From the NCBI GenBank assembly GCA_032718475.1, contig JAUCBJ010004420.1:97258-161257 (forward strand): DNA of 64,000 bases, written 5' to 3'. This document shows, piece after piece, positions 60,769 through 64,000 of this stretch. Source of the stretch: Nemertoderma westbladi (lineage: Eukaryota; Animalia; Xenacoelomorpha). Both the position numbers and the translations under genes were made by a program. How positions within the stretch are numbered: position 1 is the stretch's first letter; every line of letters begins with the position of its first letter. Below the pieces are notes generated by a model, which was not told where the DNA came from, made no database searches, and saw nothing but the letters and a program-made list of their open reading frames with translations.

Positions 60769-62600
60769 GGAGCTTACTCGGGGCGTTTTACAACTTCCTA
60801 GGAATTATATTCTCTGAAATTTGCCACGTTTGTAGTTTTTGTTATTCTAAGAATTTTGTACGCTTTTGTTTTTTCAATTTAGTTGCCCAACATTTCCAAA
60901 TTGGCCACCAAATGTGGATTTTTGCCCCAATTTGGAAACTTCTAGCACTAAATGGTTAAATTCGGAGTGAAGGCGACTGAAATCTTCAAATGTTCTCCCT
61001 AGACTTTGTGCGCGGATAAATTTGCAAGTTTCATTAAAAAATTTCGTTTAGCCAAATTTGGCCATTTTGGCCACATTTTAATTTTACCCAAAAATTATCA
61101 AAATGGTAAATTTTTACATTGTTTTCTCGCTATCACCAAAGCAGCTTGGCTATTTCGATTGAAACTCATACCGAATACATATCCAATACAGTTGTTCATC
61201 GGGTCAAAATATTGGCCAAAAATATTTAACAGTATGCCAATAATTTAACTTTTGGCCAATTTTGAGCCAAATTTGGATATTTTTGACAATTTTTAAAACG
61301 TTATAACTCTGTATCTTTTAATTAGAACGAAACCGTTCCACTTGCGTTATATAGAGGGAAGATGGGAGTTCCATTACTGTTATTGATATTGTGCGTTGCC
61401 TGAATATTAAGGGCTGGAAATTGGGGCCGAAAAATGGTAATTTTGGAAGTTGACAAAATAGGTTTTGGTAGAAAGTGGTTTTCTCCGAATTGTTTGCTTA
61501 TATTTTTCTGAAACTTTAACATCACAGATGGATAAGATAGCTCTACATTTTATCCATTTAATGTTAATACAAAAAGTCTTTGCTTCTTGTAGTAAATAAG
61601 GGCCAAACTTAGGAAATCTGTATTTTCTTGAAATTTAGCCTAAAATTAGGCACTCAAAATGCGATATATCGGCTTAAATTGCATTTTTCCGTAAATCCTT
61701 CAAATTAGTTTCTTAGAATTGCTTTGGGCACATCCGTACCAAATTTCATGAAAATCTGAGCAAGTTAAGTATTTTTGGAAGTTTGGCAAATTTTGGCGAA
61801 ATTTTTTTTAATTTTTTAATTTTTTTTTATTTTAGCCTCAGATTACCTCAAAATATACTATATAGGTACATTTTGGTGTGCTGAATCCGAATATGCATGC
61901 CATTTTCGATTTCAACGATATGTGTAGGTATGACAGACAAATAAAAAAAGTCCGTTAAATGACCGTCTTTTTGAAAGTCTGAGCTTTAGTTTAAGAACTT
62001 CCTAGGAATTATATTTTCTAAAACTGTGCTCAATTAAAGAACGTTTTAGGATAAGAAAAATAACACTGGCAACAATTTATACGAGTTGGCCCAACCCACC
62101 CAATTTTACTCCAAACCGTCAAATTTTCACTGATTTTTAACGAAATTAACCAATTTTCACCATAAAATTACATATTTATCAAAAATAAAACAACTTCCTA
62201 GGAATTATATTTTTTTTAACTTTGGTCATTTATAGAACATGATAGTAGAACAAAATTGACATATTCCAAAATTTTCAAGAGTTGCACGAACCTGGTCAAT
62301 TTTGTGGTCAAATCTGGCCTGCGTAGCCACAATTTGGCAATTCCCGGCTCTTAAACTCTTATAGTTTAAAAATCATACCGATTATAAATATATTGAGTAT
62401 AGCAATTGTAAACGCATTAATTACCGTACGTAACAATGAAAATTTCATCAAATACGGTCGTGTTGCACCAGAGTTACAGCGATTTTTATAATTGCACATC
62501 ATATTAAAAATGTCATTATTGTTGTATTATTTGACCATTTTGAAATTCCCTCCATCAATCCATTTGAATATCATAACATGATGGCCTACATCAAACACAA
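60769..62600. mobile_element. Probable DNA-transposon terminal region (unclassified)
   Basis: Abrupt switch from BEL-like coding sequence to AT-rich non-coding DNA, with AACTTCCTAGGAATTATATT repeated at ~60792, ~61996 and ~62192. No partner TIR in the window. Confidence 0.4.
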
Positions 62601-64000
62601 CCAAAGCCAACCAATGGTACAGCTCTAACCAATAACAGATAATTTGTATCCTAGCGACGGCAACACTTTTTGTAGTGTGAGGCAGGGACAAGGCGCCTTG
62701 GGCAAGAATAATGAACTCACAGCTGGCTGTGTAGCAATTACCGGTAGTGTTGGATTTTATATACCGGTCTGCCCCTCCACTGGGACGCCTGCTGCAGTAC
62801 TGCAGTACAGCAGTAGCGTACCACCGCCCGTACTTTCACAGGCCTTACTACAGTCTGACAGTAGGCCTACCTGCCTACTATACATTTCACTTGTATTCTA
62901 GGCTTGTCTGCATGTTATCAGGTTTGGTACGGCTGTATGCAGGCAGCAGGTATGGTCTGACGGTTGTTGTATAATTAAATTTTTAGGCCTATTTCAGTAT
63001 TTCATTTATTATTTGTTAATTTTTAGTGAGCCTAATACTGTGATTGTACTAGGCCTAGCATTTTGTTTTCTCATGTTCTTTCAGTAGGCCTAACCAATCC
63101 ACATTCACCCATTTGGCTAATAACCTCAGGATTTTAGTAAACTCATGAGACAATCTGCCTGCATTATAGGCCTACTGCAGTTCTAAACTTCAAGTTCGGA
63201 AGTTGTAATCCTGTAATCCTTATATCCGAGGATCCCTATGAGGTGGGGATCACTTGCAGCTTATCCTAACGAATCGTCTCCTTCTGCATATAGATGACTG
63301 CTGAGTCTTCAACGTTGATGACACAAACTGGCGACTGGGTGCCAGCACGTTTGCGATAACATTCTCGCATATCTCTCGACGGCCAAGGTCGAGAGAGGGT
63401 CGTACCGGAACTCTATCATCGCGACTTCCGGCCCTTCGCCTCGTTTCTCCGACGCAATGCTGAAAGATGCAAAAGTGCACCTACTGCTCGAATCCGGTGG
63501 GAAAACTACTGGTAGTTCCAATCGTATTGTACGTATACGTAAGCAGGACTTCGCTAAAAGCAAACATGCATGTGAAACTAAAGAGACTTCGTGGTATCGG
63601 TACGATTACAGTGCGTGGTTTCTGGAAATTTCAACGTTTACCGGATGAAATCTTAGGCTCTAGAATCAGCGGCATGAAATACTGAAATACAAAGTGCAAA
63701 ACTTTCGTGGGTCAACTGCGGTAGAGCAATTCAGTGCAACAGCAAGCGATGAGTTATTATGGGTTGCGTTCTGGAGCGAGTTGGGATCCCCAGTTTAAAT
63801 TCGCGAGTGGTTCGGTGTCTATCAGTCGACCAGACACGCTTTGGTTCGTTGAGTTTTTAACTTTCATGTCTTCGTTTCATCCAAACCGCATCCGGGTAGG
63901 GATACCAAACCACCGCGTTATTTAATGCTTTTTAATTTTGTTATTGTCTATCGATTGACTTATAGATAACCTGTGCCTATATTCAGTTACTGTGTTAACA

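Overview
Eukaryotic (probably invertebrate), AT-rich, transposon-saturated region with no intact host gene that I can support. Most of it is two recent copies of one very large BEL/Pao LTR-retrotransposon family (7852-26311 +, TSD AATAT; 28848-46842 -, TSD CAGGT). They lie tail-to-tail 2.5 kb apart, each with ~2.2-kb LTRs and a ~2,780-aa gag-PR-RT-RH-IN polyprotein. Unusual features of this family: no TGG primer-binding site, a leader of small hairpins, an inverted repeat bracketing the polyprotein, and an extra ORF of unknown function downstream of pol that reads continuously only after a LINE insertion is removed. The elements sit in a triplicated composite unit: a C2H2-finger/acidic pseudogene (split by BEL copy 1), a (GTGGCT)n array, a tRNA-like Pol III unit, a perfect 36-bp palindrome, a MITE/HINE-like element with CTCF-like motifs, and a 60-bp satellite. 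At the left end a solo LTR contains an apparently intact, intron-containing hATm transposon, which carries a MULE/foldback MITE in its intron. Also present: three RTE-like LINE fragments, a non-autonomous hAT foldback inside BEL copy 2, a degenerate third BEL family and further DNA-transposon ends. All calls were made by eye; no database searches were run.
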